From Armatimonadota bacterium (GTDB lineage: Bacteria > Armatimonadota > UBA10988): a stretch of 19,766 nucleotides of DNA. Of the stretch, positions 8,239 to 17,561 are shown piece after piece. Both the position numbers and the translations under genes were made by a program. The stretch covers positions 1 through 19,766 of the forward strand of contig JACRKZ010000001.1 of assembly GCA_016235455.1 (NCBI GenBank), given 5' to 3'. The notes beneath the pieces are model-generated. The model did not search any database and was not told the origin of the DNA. It saw only the letters and a list, made by a program, of their open reading frames with translations. Numbering within the stretch: the stretch's first letter is position 1; every line of letters begins with the position of its first letter.

Positions 8239-9197
8239 TGCAACGCAAACTGACCTTGGCGCTGGCCGCTCTGCTGGTCGCCGCGCCGCTGTCGGCTCAG
8301 GAGCCGCCGGCCAACCCGAACCTGGAAGAGGCCCGACTAACGGCCTCCAAGCTGGCCTGGGCCGACCTGCCCATCGTGCGCGTGCTCGACGACCTGGGCC
8401 TCAGCAGCGACCAGGCGAACCGCCTGCAGCCCGTGCTCGCCGCGCTGCAAGCCCAGTTCCGCGCCATCGACACGCGGCTGGCCGCCGCCCTGCAGGCGGC
8501 CGCCGCCGATATCAGCGCCACCAACAAGGCGTTGCTGGCCGGACGGCCGGCGCCGGTGGCGGCCGACCTGGCCCGCTACGAGCAGATGCGAGACGAGGCC
8601 ACGCGGGAGCGTGACGACGCCGTACTCACGGCCACCACCAAGGTCGATACGATCCTCACCAAGCAGCAGCGGGCCCTGATCCAGCAGTCGGACATGGCCA
8701 CGCCGCCAGGCCAGCCCAAACCTCGGCCCGAGTACCTGCTCAAGGCGCACGAGGCCCAGGCCCAGTGGCAGGCGCAGGTGCAGCAGACCATGATGCGCCT
8801 GTTGCAGCAGGGCCGCGGTGAGACCAACCCGCAGCGCTACGCCCAACTCGCCCCGCAGGCTTGCCTGCAGGCCGCCGCGCAGGCGACCGGACTGGCGCCG
8901 AGAGAAGCCGCCGTACAGGCGCTGGCCAAGCAACTCGTGGCCGGTCTCGACCAGGCCAGGCGCCTGAACCCCGCCGAGGTGGCACAACGCATCGTCCAGC
9001 TTGCCGCGGCCATGGTCCGCGCCGTGAGCGACACGCTGGCCAGCCTGCCCAACAGCGGCTTGCGCCCGCCGGTACTGGTCACCAGCGCCGACCTCGAAGA
9101 CCTGGTGCGCTACGAGCGGTCGCCCTTGCTGCTGCAGAGCTGGGTGCGCGAGCGCCCGGCGGTGCTCATCGAGGCACCTGAGCAGCCAGGGGTGTAG
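8235..9197 (+). CDS. Secreted all-helical hypothetical protein with LTxxQ motifs (Spy/CpxP-like), probable paralogue of the upstream gene
   Basis: ATGATG overlaps the upstream TGA (start is 8235 or 8238) with a GAGGTGG RBS. Signal MQRKLTLALAALLVAAPLSA|Q and motifs LGLSSDQ and ILTKQQRALI. Confidence 0.8.
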   Translation: MMQRKLTLALAALLVAAPLSAQEPPANPNLEEARLTASKLAWADLPIVRVLDDLGLSSDQANRLQPVLAALQAQFRAIDTRLAAALQAAAADISATNKALLAGRPAPVAADLARYEQMRDEATRERDDAVLTATTKVDTILTKQQRALIQQSDMATPPGQPKPRPEYLLKAHEAQAQWQAQVQQTMMRLLQQGRGETNPQRYAQLAPQACLQAAAQATGLAPREAAVQALAKQLVAGLDQARRLNPAEVAQRIVQLAAAMVRAVSDTLASLPNSGLRPPVLVTSADLEDLVRYERSPLLLQSWVRERPAVLIEAPEQPGV

Positions 9198-9213
9198 AAA
9201 CGAAGATGGCCCA

Positions 9214-11235
9214 ATGGACCTGATCTGGCAGAGCTGCCGAGCAACCTTCGACGGCGCTGAACTGGTGGTCGCCAACGCCCTCGTCGAACGCCGCTGGCGC
9301 GTCGACCGCGGTCGCCTCTACCCCACCTCGCTGCGCGATCTGCTCGCCGGGCGCGAGTGGCTGACCGGCCCGTCGCCCCTGGCCGCGCCGACGCCGGCCG
9401 GAGGGGACGACGACGACGAGCCCTGCGAGTGGCACGTCGAGATGGTCGCCGACCGGGCGCTGCCGGTGGAAGAGCCGGCGCTACGAGTGACCTTGACCGC
9501 GTCGCAGGCGCGGGCCACGGTGGTCTACCACTTCGAGGTCTTCGAGCACGCCGCGGGCGTGGCCCTGCGCGTCGATACGTCGCTGGCGACCGCGGCCCAG
9601 ACCGGCGAGCCGGCCAACGCCGAGGCGGCGGTCACGGGCGTCGAGTTGGCCGACCAGGCCCAGGCCCGTGCCGCCCTGGCCGATGCCGACGTGATGGAGT
9701 ATCTGCTGCCCGCGGCCACCCATCTGCGCCTGACGCAGGTCAGCCTCTACGACCAGACGGACATCCGCAACGAACTGGTCTTCGAGAACGAGTGGCTGCT
9801 GCACACCAACGAGCGCGAGATCGCCCTCGATGGCTGCCTGTTCATCGTCGAGGAGACGCTGACCGGTGACGGCCTGATCCTGCTCAAGGAGGCGCCGCTG
9901 CCGCATGTGCGGCCCGTGCCCGGCGACCGCGACCTGCGCGTGCGCCCGGCCGGCGCCGGCTACAGCGTCAGTCTGTGCGGCCACGGTGCCGCCCCAGCGG
10001 GCGGCGAGGGCTATCGCTTCGTGACGCTGGCCTATCGCGGCGGCCGCGTGGGCCGCACCGCGGCACTGCACGGCTACCAGCGCTGCCGGCGTCGCTATGA
10101 GCCCGGCCGCGACGGCCTGTTCCTGAGCAACACCTGGGGCGACCGCAACCGCGACGGGCGCATCTGCGAGTCGTTCATGCGCGAGGAGATCGAGGCCGGC
10201 GCGGCGCTCGGCGTCGACGTCATCCAGATCGACGACGGCTGGCAGCGCGGCACGACCGCCAACTCGGTGGTGCCCGGCGGTGTGTGGGAAGGTTTCCACG
10301 ACGCCGACCCGCACTACTGGGAGCCGCACCCCCAGCGCTTCCCTCACGGCCTGGAGCCGGTGATCACGGAGGCCCGGTCTCGCGGCCTGCGGTTTGGTCT
10401 GTGGTTCTCACCCGATGCCGCCGACGACTACGTCAACTGGGAACTCGATGCCGCGCGGCTTCTCGATCTGCATCAGCGCCTCGGCGTGGAGTGCTTCAAA
10501 ATCGACGGGGTGAAGGCGCGCACCAAGCTGGGCGAGGCGCGCCTGCGCGACTTCTTCGCGCGCGTGCTCACCGCCTCCGCGGGGCGCGTGGTGTTCGACC
10601 TCGACGTCACCGCCGAGGTGCGCCCAGGCTACTTCGGCCGGCCCGAGGTGGGCCCGTTGTTCATCGAGAACCGCTACACCGACTTCCACCGCTACTGGCC
10701 GCACCAGACGCTGCGCAACCTGTGGAAGCTGGCGCGGTACATCGATCCCGTGCGGCTGCGCATGGAATTCCTCAACAACGCTCGGCACATGGACAAGTAC
10801 GCGGACGACCCGCTGGGGCCGCATGCCTACTCGCCGAGCTACCTGTTCGCGACGACGATGATGGCCAGCCCGCTGGGCTGGTTCGAGCTGTCCAATCTGC
10901 CCCGCACCTACTCTGGCGAACTGCCGGCGCTGGTGCGCGTCTGGCGCGAGCACCGCGACCGGATGCACGGTGGCTGCATCCAGCCCGTCGGCGACTGCCC
11001 CGACGGCACCGCGTGGACCGGCTTCGTGTCGGTCGGCACGACCGGCGGCGGCTACGCACTGGTGTTCCGCGAACTCAACGACCGGCCCGAGGCCAGCTTC
11101 GACCTGAGCGCCTTCGGTCAGCGGCCCACCCGCGCCGAGGTGCTGGCCGGCGAGGGCCGGGCCTGGTGCGCCGATGGGCGGTTGGTGGTAGCACTGCGGC
11201 AGCCGCTGCGGTTTGCGTTGGTGGCGCTGGGCTGA
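9214..11235 (+). CDS. GH36-like (clan GH-D) glycoside hydrolase, putative alpha-galactosidase
   Basis: SNTWGD, IQIDDGWQ, RFPHGL, GLRFGLWFSP and FKIDG (nucleophile Asp) TIM-barrel motifs. No signal peptide seen. Confidence 0.85.
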   Translation: MDLIWQSCRATFDGAELVVANALVERRWRVDRGRLYPTSLRDLLAGREWLTGPSPLAAPTPAGGDDDDEPCEWHVEMVADRALPVEEPALRVTLTASQARATVVYHFEVFEHAAGVALRVDTSLATAAQTGEPANAEAAVTGVELADQAQARAALADADVMEYLLPAATHLRLTQVSLYDQTDIRNELVFENEWLLHTNEREIALDGCLFIVEETLTGDGLILLKEAPLPHVRPVPGDRDLRVRPAGAGYSVSLCGHGAAPAGGEGYRFVTLAYRGGRVGRTAALHGYQRCRRRYEPGRDGLFLSNTWGDRNRDGRICESFMREEIEAGAALGVDVIQIDDGWQRGTTANSVVPGGVWEGFHDADPHYWEPHPQRFPHGLEPVITEARSRGLRFGLWFSPDAADDYVNWELDAARLLDLHQRLGVECFKIDGVKARTKLGEARLRDFFARVLTASAGRVVFDLDVTAEVRPGYFGRPEVGPLFIENRYTDFHRYWPHQTLRNLWKLARYIDPVRLRMEFLNNARHMDKYADDPLGPHAYSPSYLFATTMMASPLGWFELSNLPRTYSGELPALVRVWREHRDRMHGGCIQPVGDCPDGTAWTGFVSVGTTGGGYALVFRELNDRPEASFDLSAFGQRPTRAEVLAGEGRAWCADGRLVVALRQPLRFALVALG

Positions 11236-11254
11236 GCCCGGCCGGAGAGATTGC

Positions 11255-12742
11255 GTGGCGCATCGACCGTGGTGGTACCTGTTCCTCCTGGCGTCCGCGC
11301 CGCTCTGGGCGGCCGAACCGCCGCTGGTCGCCACCATCGACACCGGCCGCGTGCTGGCCGACCCGTTCCTGGGTTTTGGCGTGCAGTGGGAGTATGAGGG
11401 CGATCACCCGGAGAACAACGTCGCCAACCCGACTTGGGAGGCGAACTGGCCACGCATGCTCGAGCGCCTCGACTTCATGCGCCCGGCCATCCTGCGCGTC
11501 ATGCACCACGCCGGCATGTACAGCCGACTGGACGGCGGCCACGTGGTCGCCGAGTACGACTCGCCGCGCATGACCGCCATGTACCGGCTGCTGGACTACA
11601 CCAAGGCCCGCGGCATTCCCTTGGTGTTCGGCGAGTGGTACCTGCCCAAGGCCTACATCGAGCCGCTGGGCGGCCTGGCCAGCCCACGCTGGGCGGATGA
11701 GCTGGTCGTGCCCTTCTTGCGCCACCTGCGACAGGTCAAGGGCTACGAGAACATCCGCTGGTTCAACCTGATGAACGAGCCGGTGGGTCTGGAGTCAGCG
11801 CCCGGCGTGCCGCTTGACTATGACACCTGGAAGGCCGCCATCACCCATTTACACGAGGCGTTGCGGCGCGCTGGGCTCGACCAGGCGGTGCGCATCGTCG
11901 GCACTGATGGGCCGGGCGACTTCAACCACTGGATTGAGCGCGTCGCCGGCGACGCCGACCTGCGCGACCGGCTGGGCGCCTACGAGTACCACATCTACGC
12001 GCACCTCGGCACCGACAAGTGGTTGCCCGGCCTGCTGACCGGCAGACTGGGGCCGGACGAGCTGGCCGTGCGTCGGCAGATCGTCAACCGCCTCGACCCG
12101 CGCGGCGCGAGCAAGCCGTTCTTCATGGGCGAGGCCGGCATCGATGACGGCAACAAAGGCGACAATCAGACCAACCGCGGCAGCTTCGCCTACGGCGTCT
12201 GGATGGCCGACTACGCGGTCCAGTCCATCAATGCCGGACAGGCCGGGCTGATCGCCTGGGACATGGACGATGCCATGCACACCTGGGGCTCCTACGGCGC
12301 CTCGGGGCTCAAGGGCTGGGGATTCTGGAACAGTCTCGCGGGCTTCAACGGCTACCCGGCCGACGACTTCGACATCCGCCCGTGGTTCTACACCTGGTCG
12401 CTGCTGTGCCGCCTGTTCCCCGCCGGCGCGCACCCGCTGCCGGTCAGTGACCTCGCCGACGAGGCCTGCCGCGTGGCCGCGGCGCGCCTGGCAGACGGCC
12501 AGGGGCTGTCCCTGGTCGTGGTCAACGAGGCGACCACACCGCGCGACGTGCTACTACGCCTGCCCGACCCTCGGCCGCTGACGCTGGTCGAGTATCGTTA
12601 CTTCGACGGCGAGCGGCCCGTGGACGCCAAGGGGCTACCCATGCCGAGCGCGTTACGGCGCGACTGCCGCCTGGACGCCGGCGTGACCGTCGCTCTGCCG
12701 GCGCAGGGCGTCGTCTTTCTGACCACCGCGCAGCCGCACTGA
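11255..12742 (+). CDS. Secreted clan GH-A glycoside hydrolase (GH30/GH5/GH39-like)
   Basis: GTG at 11255 follows GGAGAG and gives the signal MAHRPWWYLFLLASAPLWA|A. It has FLGFGVQW, acid/base NLMNEP, YEYHIY, nucleophile FMGEAG and a C-terminal beta-sandwich (LSLVVVN). Exact family uncertain. Confidence 0.78.
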   Translation: MAHRPWWYLFLLASAPLWAAEPPLVATIDTGRVLADPFLGFGVQWEYEGDHPENNVANPTWEANWPRMLERLDFMRPAILRVMHHAGMYSRLDGGHVVAEYDSPRMTAMYRLLDYTKARGIPLVFGEWYLPKAYIEPLGGLASPRWADELVVPFLRHLRQVKGYENIRWFNLMNEPVGLESAPGVPLDYDTWKAAITHLHEALRRAGLDQAVRIVGTDGPGDFNHWIERVAGDADLRDRLGAYEYHIYAHLGTDKWLPGLLTGRLGPDELAVRRQIVNRLDPRGASKPFFMGEAGIDDGNKGDNQTNRGSFAYGVWMADYAVQSINAGQAGLIAWDMDDAMHTWGSYGASGLKGWGFWNSLAGFNGYPADDFDIRPWFYTWSLLCRLFPAGAHPLPVSDLADEACRVAAARLADGQGLSLVVVNEATTPRDVLLRLPDPRPLTLVEYRYFDGERPVDAKGLPMPSALRRDCRLDAGVTVALPAQGVVFLTTAQPH

Positions 12743-12756
12743 AGGGAAGCTGATCC

Positions 12757-14163
12757 ATGGCCTCTGACGGTCCTGACCGACGCGACTTACTGCAGACCGC
12801 CGCCCTGACCGCCGCCGCGCTGGGCGTGGCCCCAGAGGCCCTGGCGCAGCCGGCCGGCGCGCCCAAGCGGCCCAACATCCTGGTCATCCTCACCGACGAC
12901 CAGGGCCGCGGCGACTACAGCGCCTTTGGCACCCGCGACATCCGCACGCCAGGCATCGACCGCCTGTGCGCCGAAGGCGTGACCTTCGACAACTTCTACG
13001 CCAACAGTTCGGTCTGCTCGCCCAGCCGCGCGGCGCTGCTCACCGGCTGCTTCCCCGACCGCGTGGGCGTGCCCGGCGTCATCCGCGAGGAGCACCCACA
13101 GGACTCCTGGGGCTGGCTCTGGAAGGACGCCACGCTGCTGCCCGAGGTGCTCGGCCCGGCCGGCTACCACTCCGCGCTCATCGGCAAGTGGCATCTGGGC
13201 CTGTCGTCGCCCAACACCCCCACCGACCGTGGGTTCGACCACTTCCACGGCTTCCTGGGCGACATGATGGACGACTACTGGACCCATCGGCGGAACGGCT
13301 TCAACTTCATGCGCCAGGACAAGCAGGTCATCGACCCGCCAGGTCATGCCACCGACCTGTTCACCCAGTGGGCCTGCGAGCACCTGGAGGTGCGGGCCAG
13401 GTTGGACCAGCCGTTCTTCTTGTATCTGGCCTACAACGCGCCGCACGACCCCATCCAACCGCCGCCCGAGGCGCTGGCCAAGGTCAAGCAGCGCGAGCCC
13501 GACATGACCGACAAGCGCGCGCGGCTGGTGGCGCTCATCGAGCACATGGACGACGGCATCCGCCAGGTACTGGACACGCTGGACCGCACCGGTCTGGCCC
13601 AGAACACGCTGGTCGTCTACACCTCGGACAACGGCGGCGTGCTGGCCAATGGCGCTAACAACGGCCCTTGGCGCAGCGAGAAGGGCCACATGTATGAAGG
13701 CGGCCTGCGCGTGCCCGGCGCCGCACGGTGGCCCGGCCACATCGCGGCTGGCAGCCGCACCGAACGCATCACGCTGACCATGGACATCTTCGGCGCTGCC
13801 TGCGAAGCGGCCGGCGTCAAACCGCCCGCGGGCATCGACGCTTTGAGCTTCCTGCCGGCGCTGCGCGGCGAGGCCGATGGCGAGGCGGAGCGGGACCGCT
13901 ATTTCGTGCGGCGCGAGGGCGGCCTGGCGTATGCCGGCAAGACCATCGAGGCGCTGCGCCGCGGCGACTGGAAGATCCTCCAGGACAGCCCGTTCGCGGC
14001 GTTGGAGTTATACGATCTGGCCCACGACCCGCGGGAGACCACCAACCTGGCGGCCAGCGAACGCCAACGCTTCGGCCAAATGGCCGCGGCGCTGCGCGGG
14101 CATGTGCAGCGTGGCGGCGAGGTGCCTTGGCAGCCAGCCCACGAGCCTGGACAAGAGAGATGA
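12757..14163 (+). CDS. Formylglycine-dependent (family S1) sulfatase, Tat-exported
   Basis: Twin-arginine DRRDLL leader, RPNILVILTDDQG, CSPSRAALLTG signature, GKWHLG, TSDNG, KG..YEGG.RVP and ELYDL..DP.ETTNLA. Confidence 0.96.
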   Translation: MASDGPDRRDLLQTAALTAAALGVAPEALAQPAGAPKRPNILVILTDDQGRGDYSAFGTRDIRTPGIDRLCAEGVTFDNFYANSSVCSPSRAALLTGCFPDRVGVPGVIREEHPQDSWGWLWKDATLLPEVLGPAGYHSALIGKWHLGLSSPNTPTDRGFDHFHGFLGDMMDDYWTHRRNGFNFMRQDKQVIDPPGHATDLFTQWACEHLEVRARLDQPFFLYLAYNAPHDPIQPPPEALAKVKQREPDMTDKRARLVALIEHMDDGIRQVLDTLDRTGLAQNTLVVYTSDNGGVLANGANNGPWRSEKGHMYEGGLRVPGAARWPGHIAAGSRTERITLTMDIFGAACEAAGVKPPAGIDALSFLPALRGEADGEAERDRYFVRREGGLAYAGKTIEALRRGDWKILQDSPFAALELYDLAHDPRETTNLAASERQRFGQMAAALRGHVQRGGEVPWQPAHEPGQER

Positions 14164-14171
14164 GCTTGCGA

Positions 14172-14258
14172 GCAGCCCCCACCCCAGCCCTCCCCGCGAG
14201 CGGGGAGGGAGTCAAGACCACCGTCCCCCCGCCCGCGGGGGACGACCGTGGGGGCTGC
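14172..14258. repeat. REP-like composite palindrome (outer inverted repeat enclosing two hairpins)
   Basis: A perfect 11-bp outer IR, GCAGCCCCCAC (14172-14182) / GTGGGGGCTGC (14248-14258), encloses CCCTCCCCGC-GA-GCGGGGAGGG (14188-14209) and CGTCCCCC...GGGGGACG (14222-14244). Confidence 0.8.
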
Positions 14259-14288
14259 CCAGCGCGCCCACGTCAAGGGAGACCCAAC

Positions 14289-15941
14289 ATGCCACAGCGC
14301 ACCGCTCTCATTCTGATTTGCGCGTTGAGCGCCGCCGTCAGCGCCGCCGACCTGGTGCCCAACGGCTCGTTCGACGAGGCCGACGCCAAGGGCGACATCG
14401 CCGGCTGGACCACCGATGCCGCCGGCATGAAGGGCATCACCTTCGCCCGTGACACGGAAGTCAAGCGCAACGGCACCGCGTCGGCGCGCATGACCATCGT
14501 CGGCGCCGACAACCCCAGTTGGCCCGCCTTCGTGGCCAACGTGCCGGTACGGCCCGAGCAATGCTACCGCGTGGACCTGGCCATCCGCACGCGCGATGTC
14601 GAGCGCGTGGCCTATGTCGCGACCGACTACCTCGACGCCAAGGGTCAGCGCGTCACCTTCAGCTCCAGCGCCACCATCAGCGGCACCTCAACCGACTGGC
14701 AGGCCGTGTCGCTGGCCGCGCGCATCCCCCAAGGCGCCGTGACCATGTCCATCCGGCTCATCCTCTATGGCAACGGCACCGCCTGGTTCGACGATGTGCA
14801 GGTGGTGCGCGACGAGGCCCGGGAGGCGGCCTACGCCAAGCTCCAGGCGCCCTTGCCCGCCGAACTGGTGACCCGCGGCACGGTCAGCGCCGGCGATTTC
14901 GCGCGGCTGCACCGTGTCTTCCAGGCGGCGACGCGCGGCGGCGAGTTCACGTTCGGCGTCATCGGCGGCTCCATCACCGCCGGCGCCTCGGCCACCAGCG
15001 TCGAGGCGCGCTACTCGGGCTACGTGCTGCGCTGGCTTAGCGCGCACTTCCCGCAGGCCAAGTGGACGCTGGTCAACGCAGGCATCGGCGCCACCGGCAC
15101 CAACTACGGCTGCCTGCGCGCCCAGCGTGACCTGCTGAGCAAGGCGCCCGACCTGGTGATCACCGAGTATGCGGTCAACGACGGCAACACGCAGGAGCAC
15201 GCCGAGACCTACGAGGGCCTGTTGCGGCAGATCCTGACCAGCCCCAAGCAGCCCGCGGTGGTCATGCTGTTCATGATGGCCAACGGCGGCGGCAACGCCC
15301 AGGAATGGCAGAGCAAACTCGGGAAGCACTATGGGCTGCCCATGCTCAGCTACCGCGACATGCTGTGGCCCGAGATCGAGGCCAAGCGCATGGCCTGGAG
15401 CGACATCAGCCCCGACAGCGTGCACCCCAACGACGTTGGCCAGGCTTACACCGGCAACCTGATCAACACACTGCTCGACCGTGCGCTGGCCAGCGCGCCC
15501 CCGACCGCGGCCGTCGCCGGTGCACTGCCGGCGCCGCTGCTGACAGACGTCTACCAGTTCGCCCATCTGGCCGAGGCCGTCGATCTCAAACCCTCGGCCA
15601 ACCAGGGCTGGGCGCTGGACAACGATCAGTGGGCCAAAGGCTGGAAGGCCACCCAACCCGGCAGCACCCTCGAGTTTGAGGTCACCGGCGAGCAGGTCTT
15701 CCTCTCCTACTGGCGCATCCGCGGGCCCATGGGCCGCGCACGAGTGACCATCGACGGCCAGAACCCGAGTGTGCAGGAAGCCTGGTTCGACCAGACCTGG
15801 GGCGGCTATCGCCACATGATCAAGCTGCCCACCGGTGCGCCAGGCAAGCATGTCGTCAAGCTGGAACTCCTGGCCGAGAGGGCCGCCGAGAGTGCCGGGA
15901 ATGAGTTCCGGCTGCTGTGCCTGGGCACGGCAGGCAAATGA
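14289..15941 (+). CDS. Secreted SGNH/GDSL hydrolase with N-terminal CBM4/9-like domain and C-terminal beta-sandwich (550 aa)
   Basis: ATG at 14289 follows GGGAG. Signal peptide, LVPNGSFD...AWFDDVQV (galactose-binding-like fold), and SGNH blocks IGGSIT, NAGIGAT, EYAVND and DSVHPN. The track start at 13728 overlaps the sulfatase and the REP and is rejected. Confidence 0.9.
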   Translation: MPQRTALILICALSAAVSAADLVPNGSFDEADAKGDIAGWTTDAAGMKGITFARDTEVKRNGTASARMTIVGADNPSWPAFVANVPVRPEQCYRVDLAIRTRDVERVAYVATDYLDAKGQRVTFSSSATISGTSTDWQAVSLAARIPQGAVTMSIRLILYGNGTAWFDDVQVVRDEAREAAYAKLQAPLPAELVTRGTVSAGDFARLHRVFQAATRGGEFTFGVIGGSITAGASATSVEARYSGYVLRWLSAHFPQAKWTLVNAGIGATGTNYGCLRAQRDLLSKAPDLVITEYAVNDGNTQEHAETYEGLLRQILTSPKQPAVVMLFMMANGGGNAQEWQSKLGKHYGLPMLSYRDMLWPEIEAKRMAWSDISPDSVHPNDVGQAYTGNLINTLLDRALASAPPTAAVAGALPAPLLTDVYQFAHLAEAVDLKPSANQGWALDNDQWAKGWKATQPGSTLEFEVTGEQVFLSYWRIRGPMGRARVTIDGQNPSVQEAWFDQTWGGYRHMIKLPTGAPGKHVVKLELLAERAAESAGNEFRLLCLGTAGK

Positions 15942-15952
15942 CCCGGCACCTG

Positions 15953-16240
15953 TTCGTTGTACCGGCTTCAGCCGAACGGCGATTCCACACGGGCTCAGCG
16001 CAGCCAGTGCCGGACCGCCACGCTCCAGCGTGGCATCGGCCCAGAGGCGAAGCCGGCGGGCCGACTAGCGTGCGAAGCGGTTGGGAAGGTCGGGTCTTCG
16101 ACCCGATGCCACGCTGGAGCGTGGCGGTCCGGCACTGGTTCGGGCTGATCCGCGCATGGGCACAACCTGCAGACCGCCAGTGGAGTCGCCATCCGGCTTC
16201 AGCCGGCCTGTCGGACACCGGCTGAAGCCGGTGAAACGAG
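15953..16240. repeat. Nested REP/REPIN-like cluster of two palindrome families
   Basis: A perfect 36-bp IR (16004-16039 / 16103-16138) has arms that each contain GCCACGCT-CC/GG-AGCGTGGC. It is flanked by three CCGGCT(TC/GA)AGCCG(G) palindromes at 15962-15974, 16193-16206 and 16218-16231. Confidence 0.85.
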
Positions 16241-16273
16241 CAAGCGCGCCGTGACGCGATGGAGACGGAGCCC

Positions 16274-17374
16274 ATGGTGAGGACATGGTGTATAGCGTGG
16301 CTGCTCGTGACCGCGGCCCACGCCGCCGAGCCCCAGCGCATCCTCGTCGTCGGCACCAACACCGCCGCTGACGCCGCCGCGGTCAACGCCGCGATCGCCG
16401 CCAGCCCCGAGGGCAGCGAAGTGGTCTTCCGCGGCCGGTTCCTGCTCACCGCCACCGTCCGCCTGCGCGCGGGCCGCTCCTATGGGGGCGAGAGCCGCGC
16501 GGGCACGGTCTTCCGCCAGGCCGACGGCGCCAATCTGCCCGCGCTGGTAGCCTCCGATGTCTGGCTCGATAACACCACCTGGACCGGCTCACCCATGGCC
16601 ATTCGCCGGCTCACGCTGGACGGCAACCGCGCGGGCAACCCCACCGGCAAGACGGCTGGCCTGGTGCTGCGCGCCTGGCTGAGTGTTGCCGAGGATCTGC
16701 ACATCACCGGCATGGGCAGCGACGGCCTGCGCCTGACCAGCCTCAGCGCCGACGGCACGGCATTGAAGAACAGCCAGGTCAACGGCCGCATCGCCGACTG
16801 CTTCATTGAGCGCTCGGGCCGCCACGGCATCTTCGTCGAGGATCCCGGCAATGCGGTGACCGACTGGATCCTGCGCGACAATTGGATCGCGAGTTCCGGC
16901 GCCGACGGCATCCACCTGGACAACGCCGCCGGCTGGATGATCGAGCGCAACCACATCTACGGCGTGCCGCACCATGCCATCTACGCCCACCGCCTGTTCG
17001 CCACGTCCATCAGCGACAACTACATCGAGGGCTTCGGCGAGACCACCGAGCCGGGCACCTGGTGCGGCATCGCCGCCACGCTCCAGGGCGACGCTGCCTC
17101 CACGCTCGTGGGCAACCGCGTCTTCTGCTTCGCCGGCGAGAAGCAGGAAGCCTCGACCTACCGCTACCTATCGCTGACGGTCAACTACGGTGAGGCCCTG
17201 GCCAGCGTCACCGGCAATACCATTCGCGGCGCCGGCACGCCGCGCGGCACGGGCCTGTACTACGCCGCCGACGCGGGTCGCGCGCTGACCGTGGTGTCGG
17301 CCGGCAACGCCGTGGACAAGGTCGCGCTGGTGCGGTCCGTCGGCGAGCGAGTGACCGTATCGGCCGGGCAGTAG
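16274..17374 (+). CDS. Secreted right-handed parallel beta-helix protein (pectin-lyase-like fold)
   Basis: Signal MVRTWCIAWLLVTAAHA|A, D.AAVNAAI...G..V.F.G start, LTLDGN, and repeated beta-helix turns (DGLRL, HGIFV, DNWI, DGIHL, RNHI, DNYI, GNRV, GNTI). The start could alternatively be 16259. Confidence 0.85.
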   Translation: MVRTWCIAWLLVTAAHAAEPQRILVVGTNTAADAAAVNAAIAASPEGSEVVFRGRFLLTATVRLRAGRSYGGESRAGTVFRQADGANLPALVASDVWLDNTTWTGSPMAIRRLTLDGNRAGNPTGKTAGLVLRAWLSVAEDLHITGMGSDGLRLTSLSADGTALKNSQVNGRIADCFIERSGRHGIFVEDPGNAVTDWILRDNWIASSGADGIHLDNAAGWMIERNHIYGVPHHAIYAHRLFATSISDNYIEGFGETTEPGTWCGIAATLQGDAASTLVGNRVFCFAGEKQEASTYRYLSLTVNYGEALASVTGNTIRGAGTPRGTGLYYAADAGRALTVVSAGNAVDKVALVRSVGERVTVSAGQ

Positions 17375-17561
17375 CGCTACCGGCCACACCGCGCGCCGCC
17401 GTTGCTCGCGAATCCACACACTTCCGACCGCGACTCTACGCGCTTGTCCCCATGGTCCGTCAGGTCACCCGACACCAGAATGGCCGGTATGGCCAGGCCT
17501 GCGCCCGGCCGCGCCTGGAGTAGTGACCCATGCCGACCACGACCCACCCCGGAGGCCCGAT

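Noticed and set aside
15953-16240. CRISPR array or IS ends
   Set aside because: The repeats are inverted rather than regularly spaced direct repeats, and there is no cas gene, transposase or clear target-site duplication.
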